The notes under the pieces: model-generated
What the model saw: only the letters and a program-made list of their open reading frames with translations
Databases searched by the model: none
Told to the model about the DNA's origin: nothing
In this document: positions 1 to 15,334 of the stretch, piece after piece
How the letters are laid out: every line of letters begins with the position of its first letter
How positions within the stretch are numbered: position 1 is the first letter of the stretch
Assembly: GCF_009914755.1 (NCBI RefSeq)
Contig: NC_060943.1
DNA: 64,000 nucleotides
Direction: 5' to 3' (one strand)
From: the human T2T-CHM13v2.0 reference genome, Homo sapiens
Made by a program: the position numbers and the translations under genes

Positions 1-972
1 AAATTAATACTTTTGTAATTTCTTATGCCTGTCTTTACTGCAATCTGTAAACATAAATCGTAAAGATTTCATGGACACTTATCACTTCCCCAATCAATAT
101 CCTTGTGATTTCCTATGCCTGTCTTTGCTTTAATCTCTTAATCCTGTCAGCCGAGAAGGATGTATATCGTCTCAGGACCCTGTAATAATTGTGTTAACTA
201 CACAAATTGTACAGCATGTGTGTTTGAGCAATATGAAATGTAGGCACCCTGAAAAAAGAACAGGATAACAGCAATTGTTCAGGGAATAAGAGAGAGAACC
301 TTTAACTCTGACCGCCGGTGAGCCGGGCGGAACAGAGCCATATTTGTCTTCTTTCAAAAGCAAATGGGAGAAATATCACTGAATTCCTTTTCTCAGCATG
401 GAACGTCCCTGAGAAACAGAATGCGCACCTAGGGGTAGGTCTCTGAACTGGCCTCCCCCGGGCGTACCTGTCTCTTATGGTCGAGATTGCAGAGGTGAAA
501 TAAACTCCAGTCTCCCATAGCGCTCCCAGGCTTGTTAGGAAGAGGAAATTCCCGCCTAATAAACTTTGGTCAGACCGGTTGATCTCAAAACCCTGTCTCC
601 TGATAAGATGTTATCAATGACAATGGTGCCCAAAACTTCATTAGCAATTTTAATTTCACTTCGGTCCTGTGGTCCTGTGATCTCGCCCTGCCTCCACTTG
701 CCTTGTGATATTCTATTACCCTGTTAAGTACTTGATGTCTGTCACCCACACCTATTCGTATCCTCCCTCCCCTTTTGAAACTCCCTAATAAAAACTTGCT
801 GGTTTTTGTGGCTTGTGGGGCATCACAGATCCTACCAATGTGTGATGTCTCCCCCGGAGGCCCAGCTTTAAAATTTCTCTCTTTTGTACTCTGTCCTTTT
901 ATTTCTCAAGCCAGTCGACGCTTAGGCAAATAGAAAAGAACCTACGTGATTATTGGGGCAGGTCCCCCGATA
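1..972 (+). mobile_element. MER11-type (HERV-K11/HML-8) LTR, 5' part outside window
   Basis: Internal repeats 'tttcctatgcctgtcttt', AATAAA near 787 and 3' end 'agaaaagaacctacgtg...ggggcaggtcccccgata' match the recalled MER11 consensus. Confidence 0.75.
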
Positions 973-1219
973 CAAGGCCAGCACAGTGCCAAGTATGTCC
1001 ACCTCAGTGAGCTGCGGAGAGGTGACTGCACCCTTTATTGACTGACTACTAGGAAACTGTCAAGAGGCAGCCCACTGAGCATGGCCATCTTAAAGGAATT
1101 TCAGGTGTCCCTACAACAGAGAATATGCCTTGAGAAAGGGGGAAAAAATAGGCCACTTAGCTTGGGTAGACAAGGCTCATGACAAGTCCCTGCATCTCAG
1201 CTACTGACTTTAAAAGTTG

Positions 1220-3175
1220 TTTGGGGAAAAGAAAGAGAGATCAGACTGTTACTGTGTCTATGTAGAAAGAAGTAGACATAAGAAACTCCATTTTGTTCTG
1301 TACTAAGAGAAATTCTTCTGCCTTGAGATGCTGTTAATCTGTAACCTGAGCCCCAACCCTGTGCCCACAGAGACGTGCTGTGTTGATGAAGGGGTGGGTT
1401 GCCCCTCCTCACCTGTGGGTGTTTCTCGTAAGGTGGAACAAGAGTCTTGGAAAAGAAAAGACACAGAGACAAAGTATAGGGAAAGAAATTAGAGGACCCG
1501 GGGAACCAGCGTTCAGCATATGGAGGATCCCGCCAGCCTCTGAGTTCCCTTAGTATTTATTGATCATTCATGGGTGTTTCTCCGAGAGGGGGATGTGGCA
1601 GGGTCACAAGACAATAGTGGGGAGAGGGTCAGCAGACAAACACGTGAACAAAGGTCTTTGCATCATAGACAAAGTAAAGAATCAAGTGCTGTGCTTTAGA
1701 TATGCATACACATAAACATCTCAATGCCTTACAGAGCAGTATTGCTGCCCGCATGTCCCACCTCCAGCCCTAAGGCGGTTTTTCCCTATCTCAGTAGATG
1801 GAACGTACAATCGGGTTTTATACCAAGACATTCCATTGCCCAGGGACAGGCAGGAGGCAGATGCCTTCCTCTTGTCTCAACTGCAAGAGGCATGCCTTCC
1901 TCTTATACTAATCCTCCTCAGCACAGACCCTTTACGGGTGTCGGGCTGGGGGACGGTCAGGTCTTTTCCTTCCCACGAGGCCATATTTCAGACTATCACA
2001 TGGGGAGAAACCTTGGACAATACCTGGCTTTCCTAGGCAGAGGTCCCTGCGGCCTTCCGCAGTGTTTGTGTCCCTGGGTACTTGAGATTAGGGAGTGGTG
2101 ATGACTCTTAAGGAGCATGCTGCCTTCAAGCATCTGTTTAACAAAGCACATCTTGCACCGCCCTTAATCCATTTAACCCTGAGTTGACACAGCACATGTT
2201 TCCGAGAGCATGGGGTTGGCGGTAAGGTCATAGATTAACAGAATCTCATGGCAGAAGAATTTTTCTTAGTACAGAACAAAATGGAGTCTCCTATGTCTAC
2301 TTCTTTCTACACAGACACAGTAACAATCTGATCTCTCTTGCTTTTCCCCACAGTTGACTTAAGGTTTAATGGATTTAGGGCTGTGCAGGATGTGGTTTGT
2401 TAAAAAAGTGCTTGAAGGCAGTATGTTTGGTAAAAGTCATAGCCATTCTCTAATCTCGAGTACTCAGGGACTCAATGCACTGCAGAAGGCTGCAGGGACC
2501 TCTGCCCAGGAAAGCCAGGTATTGTCCAAGGTTTCTCCCCATGTGATAGCCTGAGATATGTCCTCATGGGAAGGGAAAGACCTGACTGTCCCCCAGCCCA
2601 ACACCCGTAAAGGGTCTGTGCTGAGGAGGATTAGTGAAAGAGGGAGGCCTCTTTGCCGTTGAGATAAGAGGAAGGCACCTGTCTCCTGTTTGTCCCTGGG
2701 AATGGAATGTCTCGGTGTAAAACCCGAACGTTCGTTCTATTTACTGAGATAGGAGAAAACTGCCTTATGGCTGGAGGTGAGACATACTGGCGGCAATACT
2801 GCTCTTTACTGCACTAAAATTTTTGTGAAAAGTCAGACATAAATCTGGCCTATGTGCGCATCGAGGCACAGCACCTTTCCTTAAACTTATTTATCACAGA
2901 GATCTTTGCTCACTTGTTTTCCTGCTGACCCTCTCCCCACCATTACCCTATTGTCCTGCCACATCCCCCTCATCGAGATGGTAGAAATAGTGATCAATAA
3001 ATACTGAGGGAACTCAGAGACCAGTGCCGGCGTGGGTCCTCCGTATGCTGAGCGCCGGTCCCCTGGGCCCACTGTTCTTTCTCTATACTTTGTCTCTGTG
3101 TCTTATTTCTTTTCTCAGTCTCTCATCCCACCTGACGAGAAACACCCACAGGTGTGGAGGGGCTGGCCCCCTTCA
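1220..3175 (+). mobile_element. HERV-K(HML-2) solo LTR (older LTR5A/B type), split by a nested LTR
   Basis: Starts 'tggggaaaagaaagagagatcagactgttactg', ends 'ggctggcccccttca'; GTTGT on both flanks; sequence resumes at 2353 after the insert. Confidence 0.9.
1387..2352 (-). mobile_element. HERV-K(HML-2) solo LTR, LTR5_Hs-like, nested in the previous LTR
   Basis: 966 bp; minus strand begins TGTGGGGAAAAGCAAGAGAGATCAGATTG and ends GGGGCAACCCACCCCTTCA; TSD GTTGA at 1382-1386 and 2353-2357. Confidence 0.92.
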
Positions 3176-3678
3176 GTTGTGAGGATCAATATGTATACTC
3201 ATATTAAAGATTGTTTTTTGCTTCAGGCTGTTTGGAAAACACCAAGCGTAGAAACTTGAAATTGTGTTCTATGAAAAAACTGGATACCAAAGCCACTATC
3301 AAGGTAGGAGGTGGGACTTGACTCAAGAGACCAGGCTCCAACACCAGACAAAATTAAGGACTAGCTAAAACAGCAACAGGGCAGAAGCAGCTTTTCATAA
3401 GACTTACCCACCAGTATGCCATGTCACGTTTACCATTTCCATGGTAACACCTGGGAGTTATTGCTGCTTTCCATGACAACAAGCTGATGACCTGAAAGTT
3501 ACCACCTTTTTCTAGAAATTTATGCATAATCCACCCCTTACTTTGCATATAATTAAAAGTGGGTAGAAATATGACTGAAGGGCTGCCTCTGAGCTGCTAC
3601 TCTGGGCATACTGCTCCACAAGGAGTAGTACCTCTGCTGCTGCTGTGCACTGCCACTTCAATAAAAGTTGCTATCAAA

Positions 3679-4284
<606 letters not shown>

Positions 4285-4644
4285 CTAACATCACTGTGGG
4301 ACCCCTGAATTCTTTTGAAATGTAAGATGAAGTCTTTTTGCAAAATGGAGTTAGTTATGTCAAGAGTGCTCTGTACATGTTGCGAACTCAAAACAGACAA
4401 CTCCCCATTTTCTCTCTTTTTTTCCCCCCTGAGATGGGGAGTCTCACCTTGTTGCCTGGAGTGCAATGGGACGATCTTGGCTCACTGCAATCTCGTGACC
4501 CACTATGCTTGGCCTTAATATTTTCTACTATAGTTTATGCTAAATCTTTTTAGAGAAATCCTTCCCCACATCAAGATCATAAAAATATTATCTTATATTT
4601 CCTTCTAACACTTTTAGAGTTTTGCTGTTCAATTCAGGGTTCCA

Positions 4645-5373
<729 letters not shown>

Positions 5374-6479
5374 TGAAAATAGGTGGATGATCTAACTCTG
5401 TTTTAAAAGCCTGATTTTGGCTGCAACTTGTGTATATAAAAGACTTCTCAGCAATCTTGTGCCTTGGTTCCCCTGAAACAGGTACCTCACCTATATTTGG
5501 TAGTTGGTGATCTGGAGACAAATAGTATCCTGTGTGACTGAAAAAGATCCCTGGAATCTGTGCCTGTGTGTCTCAGAACATCATCATATTTACATGTATT
5601 TTATTTCATTGGATTTTATTTTTCATGCTGTACTGTAGCCTTTGTCTTTCTTGGAGTCTTAGGTAAGTATAACTTGTGGAGTCATGTGAGACTGTTCAAC
5701 ATCTTACCCTGAGTAACTGCTATAATTGCAGTCACCTATTTTAGGGAAAAACATTGTACTTGAAAAGGAAACATATTTTTGTAAAATTAATATCAAGTTC
5801 AGTGTATTTTATAATTTATTCTCAATTTAAGAAAACCGTTTAGGGGACTTTGCTGCTACATTCTAGAGAGGGATTAATAAAAACATGTCTCACATTTGGC
5901 TTATGTTGTTTCAAAGGGAAACACATCTTGCACACCTTGTGGCTATGAAGGAAAGAGAGGCTTATTTTATTTGACTATAGGATCAAGCCACATTATCTAT
6001 TCATGCAATAAAACCAGGACTGCAAAAATTATTTAATTTCCATCTCTCTGATATCAGGGACTATCTCTCAAACTATTTAGAATTCAGAAGCGGCATATAA
6101 CCTGTGAAGACTCATCTTCCTCAATCCCCAAGTATTTCGTTGGTTTACAAGAAACAAAACCCTGTATAAAGATGACGGCTTCTACTATATTTCATCCAAT
6201 CTGAGATACCTTTGGTTGTATGGCACACCACACTTTTACACACCAAGTTCTCCATTTAAATATGTTAAGCCACATATATAAATAAGTATGCCACACTTAA
6301 ATTTTAGCAGTGGTAATATGTTGGAAAAATGTCTATCTTAGAATTGATGAGATAAAGTTTTACCCAAGAGTGGCACAACATCTTCCAGACCCATTTACAA
6401 ATACTAGCAAACACTACAGAGATAAAGATAAACAGTATTGTATTGAGTTTTTTACTGAAACAATGAACCACAGCAGTTC

Positions 6480-6908
6480 TGTGGGGAGTCGAAAGCCTGA
6501 GGGTCGTGACCAATTCAGCATTCCACTGCAGGCTATATGATCAAACAGCAAACTGTTTATCATGAATGCAGAATGTGGGCAAACTCGTATCTGCACCTGC
6601 CACCAGAAAGTATGCTGAGGGCAATCACTGCCTGGCACCATGCTCCTTGAGGTTATCTACTGGGACATCTGGAGCCTACTGTTCAAAGAATGCAGTCATG
6701 CAGGCCTGCACTAAATCAAGCAGCTGACCGACAACCACCCCCGCTCCTTGTTTTCTTTACTCAATAAATATGAAGTGCTATAGAAGCTCAGGGGCCTTGT
6801 TCACTAGAAGCAAGAAGCCCCCGACCCCTTCTTCCAAACATATTCTTTTGTGTTTGTCTTTATTCCCACATTCATCCTCCTTTGTTCAGTCCAGTAGGGT
6901 CCGTGGCA
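6480..6908 (+). mobile_element. LTR3-like (HERV-K3/HML-6) solo LTR
   Basis: TG...CA, 429 bp, near-TSD CAGTTC/CAGATC; 'gagggtcgtgaccaattcagcattccactg' is shared with three other copies in the window. Confidence 0.75.
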
Positions 6909-7264
6909 CAGATCAATTATAAGTTACGTAGCATTATACAAAGATTCAATGCAGATATTCTATGGGAAGTCTTTATGCACATTTAATCATACATACTACA
7001 AATTCACAATTGTGATGTTAACACATGCAGTTCCCAAATATGAGCAATCATTTTTACAATAAAAATAGGCAAAAACACTTAAATATTTGGTATTGTTCTT
7101 ATATTTTTTGCTTTGTTTTCTGACAAGCATATTTATTTACATATTTAATACAATACTTTCTATAATGCTGATTATATAACAAGAGCAGAAAAAAAATACA
7201 GATGAAAGCATGATTTCCCAGATTCATTAACATACAAAATTACAAATTTCTTTTTTCTTTTCCT

Positions 7265-7530
7265 TATTTATTTATTTATTTTTTTTTTTTAGACAGGCTG
7301 TCACCCAGGCTGGCAAAATCTTGGCTCACTGAAACCTCCACCTCTTGGCTCAAGTAATTCTCTGCCTCAGCCTCCTGAGTAGCACTATCTCCAGCTAATT
7401 TTTGTATTTTTTTGTAGAGATGGAACCCTATGTTGAAAACACTGGTCTCGAACTCCTAAGCTCAAACGATCCTTCCAATTTGGCCTCCCAAAGTGCTGAG
7501 ATTACAGGTGTGAGCCACTGCACCTCACCT
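7265..7530 (-). mobile_element. Alu (old, J-type)
   Basis: Degenerate antisense Alu. Confidence 0.8.
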
Positions 7531-7858
7531 AAAGTACAGAATTTCTTCCTTAGTGTCAATTATCTGAAACTGATGTAACTGCATATTATGCCAACAACAT
7601 CCCCATAATCAGTAATACATAGATGTTCCTTCCTGTGTGTTCCCTCTGGCTTATATTCAATTGACATTTATTGAAACAGGTATTACCTCCTGACTGGCAT
7701 CATGCCCAGCACTATTCTCTGATAAGAAAGGATGTGTAAGCTTGAAATTAAGGTTTGTTCACATTTGCTGCAGCCTTGAGGTTTCACTCTTACATTAACC
7801 TTGTGGTATAATGAGCTAGTCCTTCTCACTGCCAACTTTCAGATATTCACTTCATTTA

Positions 7859-8056
<198 letters not shown>

Positions 8057-8059
8057 TCA

Positions 8060-8275
<216 letters not shown>

Positions 8276-9483
8276 CTAAGGTTTCTCTCCAGTGTGAGAC
8301 CGCTGATGAATATTCAGGTGTGACTTTTGGCTGAAAGTCTTCTGACACTGACTGCATTCATAGGGTTTTTCCCCTGTATGAGTTCTTTGGTGTAGGATGA
8401 GACTAAACTTGATGGAGAACATTTTCCCACATTCGTTGCATCCATAGGGTTTCTCTCCCATATGAGTTCTCCAGTGAGTATTGAGGAATGACTTTACACT
8501 AAAGCCTTTTCCACATTCACTGCAGTGATACGGTTTCTCTCCTGTGTGAGTTCTCTGATGTCTACTGAGCTCAGATCTCTGGATGAAGGCTTTCCCACAT
8601 TCATTACACCCATGCGATTTTTCCCCGGTATGGATTTTTTGATGTAAAATGAGGTTAAACTTAAGGGGGAATGTTTTCCCACACTCATCACAACCATAGG
8701 GTTTCTCTTCTGTGTGAGCTCTCTGATGGATCATGAGCTGTGACTTATTGCTGAAGCTTTTCTGACATTTGCTGCATCCATAGGGTTTCTCTCCAGTATG
8801 AGTTCTTTGATGGAAAGTGAGTTTTGACTTATCACTAAAACCTTTTTGACATGTATGACACTCAAAGCATTTCTCTCCTGTGTGAGTTCGTTGATGTTTA
8901 TTAAGGCATGACTTATCAGTAAAAGCTTTCCCACATTTATTGCACTCATAAGGTTTCTCTTCTGTATGGGTTCTCTCGTGTAAAATGAGACAGGACTTCC
9001 ATCTGAAGGCTGTCTGACATCTACTGCATCCATAGGGCTTCTCTCCTCTTTGTGTTCTTTGATGCTTAAAGAGGTCCAACTTCTGGGAAAAGGCTTTCCC
9101 ACAGTCACTGCAGTCATACTGTTTCTCTCGTTTTTGAGTTTTCCAGTGTTTTATGAGCTGTGACTTATGACTGAAAGCCTTTACACGTTCATTATATTCA
9201 TTGTATTTCTCTTCAGCATGAATTTTCTCATGCTTAGGATAAAGAAAAACTTTGTCATATCCATTACATTCACCTTCATTTCTTGCATAGCTTCTGTTTT
9301 GAATAAAGTACTCTAGATTAGGATTCAGGTGTTTCCCAAGTACAAAAGGGGTATGAAGGTTTGAGCTCAGATGAGATGTTATGTTGCCAAATATATGATA
9401 TTTGTGGTGTCTGTCCATAGTTTCAAGGCTGCTTTGGTTTTCTCGGTGCCATTCTGTGTGATCATTGACTTGCCAGGCATCTT
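8276..9483 (-). CDS. Open part of the finger exon of the unnamed KRAB-ZNF locus (1 degenerate + 9 intact C2H2 fingers)
   Basis: ORF 8276..9499 with repeated C-x2-C-x12-H-x3-H and TGEKP linkers; acceptor TTTCTAG ending at 9484; translation unproven. Confidence 0.55.
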
Positions 9484-10243
9484 CTAGAAAGGAGACCAAT
9501 TAATCCACTGTGATCATGTAATAAAAGGAGTAGAAGCTCACAGCAAGAGCCAAGGAGAGAAGAGGAAGTGAAACTGTGGGTAGAGAATGAAAGTCTGAGA
9601 TATTTATAAATGGAAGAAGAAAAAACAGAAGAAACTATGAGAGGTATGAAACACATACAAAATGAAGATAAGGGAGGAAAATTTAGGAATACTTGAAAAT
9701 AGGGCTATGACTATGAATTAGGGGGATGAAGACAGGGAAAAGCAAGTAAACTAAAGATGCCAGGGAGAAAGATTAACCAGGAAAGCAAGTTCTGAGATGA
9801 GCCAGAGAGGGATTTGATCAGAGTACCTAAAAGAAGAACATGGATTCTTTTAAAAGCCAAGCAAAAGAGTTCTAATATGGAGCAACTAAAAAGTGGAGGC
9901 AGTATTAAGGTATGTGAGGAGCTTATGTCAGCTGTTCTTAGTCACATTCACAACTTTAAGAACTTCAAAAACATTTCTCCAAACAGCATTTCAGAGATGC
10001 CCCCCTACTTCTGTTCAACTGGGATATTACTTTAAGTTCTCCTATAGGACTGGTTTTTCACTTACCTGGACAAACCTGACTCTGGATTTCTTCCTCTAGT
10101 ATCCATGGTTTTCCTTGCTCCAACCAGAATAATGTGTCTGCTTTGGTAACTTGATACCCTAGAAAAGTATCAAGGAAAATTATAAAGGACACATGAATGC
10201 AAATACTAGGGCTACAAGACTTCTGAAAAATGATGAAGATTAC

Positions 10244-10538
<295 letters not shown>

Positions 10539-10751
10539 GAAGATTACATTTAAGGGGTTAAATAATTTGCATCTGGGCCAAGTAAAGGCCTTAACGTCCA
10601 TTGGAAATGAGAGAAAAACACTCTGTTAGAGGCCAGAAAAGTACTAAAAATCTATGATGTATTAAACTGAAGTCTAAAAAAAGTAAAGTATTTGTGAGGC
10701 CCCACGCTTTTTAATTACTCAGAAAGGAAGGGCAATTGATTGCCTACACTA

Positions 10752-11030
<279 letters not shown>

Positions 11031-11174
11031 TTATAATATATAGGAAAAATGTTTTAGTTAAAATATCCTATTTCGGTACTTCCATTCATTCACTGATTCA
11101 CATATTTAATTATTCATTCACAAAAGAGAAACAGAACCTCCTTACATCCTTTAATAAAATATTTAATCTGCAAC

Positions 11175-11668
11175 AGCAGTCCCCAACTTTTTCGGCACCA
11201 GGGACTCGTTTTGTGGAAGACAATTTTTCCACATACTGGGGCAAGGGGATGGTTTTGGAATGATTCAAGTGCATTACATTAATTGTGTACTTTATTTCTA
11301 TTATTATTACATTGTAATATATAATGAAATAATTATACAACTCACCATAATGTAGAATCAGTGGTAGTCCTGAGCTTGTTTTCCTGAAACTAGATGGTTC
11401 CAGCTGGGGGTGATGGGAGACAGTGACAGATCATCAGACATCAGAGTCTCATAAGGAGTGTGCAACCTAGATCCCTCGCATGTGCAGTTCATAACAGGAT
11501 TTTCACTCCTAGAAGAATCTAATGCTGCCTCTCATCTGACAGGAAGGGGAGCTCAGGCAGTTATGTGTATGATAGGGAGTGGCTGTAAATACAGATAAAG
11601 CTTGCTCACTGACCTGGTCCACTTCCTAACAGGCCACAGACCAGTGGCAGGGGTTGGGAAGCCCTGTT
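11175..11668. mobile_element. MER1A-like hAT-Charlie element
   Basis: Terminal inverted repeats 'cagcagtccccaac'/'gttgggaagccctg' and typical internal sequence. Confidence 0.7.
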
Positions 11669-11934
11669 CTAGAGAATCATTGAGCCTGAGGGTGGGCAAG
11701 GGACACTCAACTAAAATTCACTCAAATTCACATTTAGATATGTCAATGCTGATACAGGAAACCATAAGAATACACAAAAATGTTTCAAGATTGATTATTT
11801 TAAAGATGGTGAAAAAGGATTAAGAGGGAACTTTCAGGTTTTGCACTATAAAATTCTATATTGTTTGAAAGTTTGACACTGCAAATTTTTTTTTAATTCA
11901 TTCAAGTTGGAGAAGTATTATAATGATGATGATT

Positions 11935-12224
11935 TTGTTTAGAGACAGGGTATTGCTCTGTTACCCAGGCTGGAAGGCAGTGGCATGATCACAGCTCACT
12001 GCAGCCTTGACCTCCTAGGCTCAAGCAATCCTCCCACCTCAGCCTCCTGAGTAGCTGGAACTACAGGTGTGTGCCACCGTGCTCAGCTAACTTTTGTATT
12101 TTTTTGTAGAGACAGGGTCTTACTATGTTGCCCAGGCTGGTCTCAAATTCCTGGGCTCAAGTGATCTTCCCACCTCAGCCTCCTAAAGTGCTGGGATTAC
12201 AAGTGTGAGCCACCATCGCCCAGC
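11935..12224 (-). mobile_element. Alu (J-type)
   Basis: Antisense Alu. Confidence 0.88.
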
Positions 12225-12424
12225 TCACATTGTGAATATTTTAAGCTTCATTTATATAACTGGAATTTTAAAAAAATAAGTAGATAAGTATTGGCTTTGA
12301 ACAGAGAGCTAACACTGCATTCTTGGGTGTGAAGAGATTATGAAGGGAAACTCTAAGACTCTGTCAACATAACTTGGAACTGTTTACTAATCAATGTAAA
12401 TAGGAGTTTCTCTACCTCAGCACT

Positions 12425-12686
12425 ACAGGTTGAGCATCCCTGCTTCAAAATTCTGAAACCTATAATGCTCCAAAATCTGAAATTCTTTTTAGGGCTGAGG
12501 TGATGCACAAAGGTCATGCTTGAAGGAAATGCTTACCAGGACATTTCAAATGTTGGATTTTCAGATTAGGGATGCTCAACTAGTAAGTATAAGTAAGTAA
12601 GTAAGCAAGCATTCTGAAAAAAAAAAAAATCTAAAATCTGAAACACTTCCAGTCCCAAGCATTTCTGATAGGGGATGCTCAATCTG
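12425..12686. mobile_element. Tigger4/MER46-like DNA transposon relic
   Basis: TIRs 'caggttgagcatccct' ... 'ggggatgctcaatctg'. Confidence 0.65.
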
Positions 12687-12690
12687 CATT

Positions 12691-13612
12691 TGTTGGAGGC
12701 CGAGAAAATGGGGGTTGTGACCAACCCAGTATACCACTGGAGGCTATATGAGCAAACAGAAAACTGTTCTCATGAAAGCAGGATGTTGGAAAACTGACAA
12801 ATTGCATCTGCCACCAGAAGGAGTGCCAAGAGCAGTCACACCCCAGGCAGAGTGTTCCTTGTGGTTTGTAGGGAGCCAAAGGCCCATGGGACATGATCAG
12901 CTCAGCATTCCACTGGAAGCTACATGATCAAACAGCAAACTGTTTATCACAAATGCAGGATATGGGCAAACTCACGACTGTGCCTGCTGACAGAAAGTTT
13001 GCTGGCGGCTATCATTCCCTGGCGCTGAGGTTATCTGCTGGGACATCTAGAGCCTGTTGTTTGAGGAATGCAATCTTGCAAGCCTACTCTGGACCAACCA
13101 ACTGACCCCTTCTTCCACACCCCTTCTCACTATCCCTTTTGCCTAATAAATACAAAGGGCTGTGTAAAGCTCAGAGCCTTTGTCCACTAGAGGCAAGGTG
13201 CTCCTTGACCCCTTCTTCCAAATATACTCTTTTGTCTCGTCTTTTATTCCCGCATTTGCCCCACTTTGTTCAGCCCACCAGGGATTGTGGCAGGTTACAT
13301 AGTGGCCCCCCCCAAACAGTGACAGAATCGAGTGCTCCACAGTGGTTATCTATAGGAACATCTGAAGCCTGTTGTATAAAGAAAGTAATTATGTGTACCT
13401 CTAATGAATCAAAGCAGCTGACCAACCGTTACCTCTCTCTCCCTATTGATTCTACCTAATACATATGAAGGGCTGTAGAAGCTGAGGGCTGTCTTTGCTC
13501 ACTAGAAGCAAGGAGTCCCCTGACCCCTTCTTTTAAAATGTATCTTTTTGTCTTTGTCTTCACTTCTGCATTTGTCCCATTTCGTTCAATCCCATAGGAA
13601 CAGACTGTAACA
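12691..13612 (+). mobile_element. LTR3-like (HML-6) solo LTR, split by a nested LTR3-like element
   Basis: TGTTGGAGGC...GTAACA; near-TSD TGCATT/GGCATT. Confidence 0.78.
12867..13341 (+). mobile_element. Nested LTR3B-like solo LTR
   Basis: TGTAGGGAGCC...CTCCACA; perfect 6-bp TSD GTGGTT at 12861-12866 and 13342-13347. Confidence 0.8.
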
Positions 13613-13803
13613 GGCATTGACATTTTGGTTTGGAGAATTCTTTATTTTGGGGCACTGTAGTGTCATTGTAGGATGCTTAGCAGCATTCTTAGCCTCTATC
13701 CACTAGCTCCAATTAGCACACCCTCCTTTCCCAGGTGTGACAATCAAAAATTTCTCCAGACATTGCCAAATGTCACCTGGGGTCAAAAAATGAAAACCAC
13801 TGA
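13613..13803. mobile_element. MER20-like relic
   Basis: 'ttgacattttgg...cattgtaggatgcttagcagcat...tctccagacattgccaaatgtc'. Confidence 0.6.
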
Positions 13804-14343
13804 TAAAAAAAAAAGCAGAATATTGAGGACTCTTTGTGGAAGACCATATGATGGTCATAGAATCCATCCATCTTAAAAATCTCTACATTTTATCCCTGAA
13901 TAAAAACAGACCCCCAGGAGGCTGTGGACTTTGGCTACACTGTTCTGGGTCCCTGAAGCACTCTGATCACTGAGTTTGGTTTTGGTATTACACCACTGGC
14001 TTATCTGTGGGGGCACTAACTTCTATATGATCTATATCATGACCCATCAAAGAAATTTCTTCTTAAGTAACATGAAATATTCACTTTTCTAGAGGAGCTT
14101 TCTCCTCAGGGAAAAGGAAACGATTTGTTATTGTGTCCATGTGGTAGACTGCATTTCCCAAAGATGACCACAATAATATCTCACATTCCAAAGAAAACCT
14201 TCTGCTAAATCTTGCCACTCCCACACGAAGAGATGGAGCCTATTCCCTTCCCCCTTGAACCTAGCTAGTCTTGGTGATTTGCTTGTACCTGCAGAATACA
14301 ACAGAGGTGACACAACATAACTTCCGAGGCTAAGGCAGAAAAG

Positions 14344-15332
14344 CATGGGGGAAAGAATGAGAGATCAGACTATTACTGCATCTATGTAGAAAAAGGAAGA
14401 CAAAAGAAACTCCATTTTGATCTGTACTAAGAGAAATTATTCTGCCTTGAGATGCTGTTAATCTGTAACCCTAGCCCCAACCCTATGCTTGCAGAAACAT
14501 GTATTGTATTGACTCAAGGTTTAATGGACTTAGGGCTGTGCAGGATGTGCCTTGGTAAAAATGTGTTTGCAGGCAGTATGCTTGGTAAAAGTCATGGCCA
14601 TTCTCCAGTCTCGAGTACCCAGGGACACAATGCACTGCAGAAAGCCACAGGGATCTCTGCCCAAGAAAGCCTGTGTATTGTCCAAGGTTTCTCTCCACTG
14701 AGACAGCCTGAGATATGGCCTCATGGAAAGAGAAAGACCAGACTGTCCCCCAGCCTGACACCCATAAAGGGTCTGTGCTGAGGAGGATTAGTGAAAGAGG
14801 AAGACCTCTTTGCAGTTGAGATAAGAGGAAGGTATCTCTCTCCTGCTCATCCCTGGGAATGGAATGTGTCAGTGTAAAACCCGATCGTACATTCTATTTA
14901 CTGAGATAGGAGAAAACTGCCTTATGGCTGGAGGTGAGACATGGTGGGGGCAATACTGTCTTTACTTCACTGAGATGTTTGTGTAAAGTCAAAGATAAAT
15001 CTGGCCTATGTGCATATCAAGGCACAGCACCTTTCCTTAAACTTATTTATAACACAGAGTCCTTTGCTCACGTTTTCCTGCTGACCCTCTTCCCACCATT
15101 ACCCTATAGTCCTCCCACATCCCCCTCACCGAGATAGTAGAGATAGTAATCAATAAATACTGAGGGAACTCAGAGACCAGTGTTGGTGCGGGTCCTCCGT
15201 ATGTTGAGTGCCGGTTCCCTGGGCCCACTTTTCTTCCTCGATAGTTTGTCTCTGTGTCTTATTTCTTTTCTCAGTCTCTCGTCTCCACCTTGTGAGAAAT
15301 ACCCACAGGTGTGGAGGGGCAGGCCTCCTTCA
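14344..15332 (+). mobile_element. HERV-K(HML-2) LTR5A/B-type LTR followed by a primer-tRNA copy
   Basis: Full U3-R-U5 colinear with the other LTR5 copies; ends 'ggcaggcctccttca'; first two bases read CA rather than TG. Confidence 0.92.
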
Positions 15333-15334
15333 TC

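Noticed and set aside
1724-2101. Recurrent ORFs such as MLLICNPSPN... and MGPGDRRSAY... at 1.7, 2.9, 14.5, 18.2, 51.1 and 53.8 kb
   Set aside because: Incidental frames of LTR5 copies; they recur because the LTR recurs
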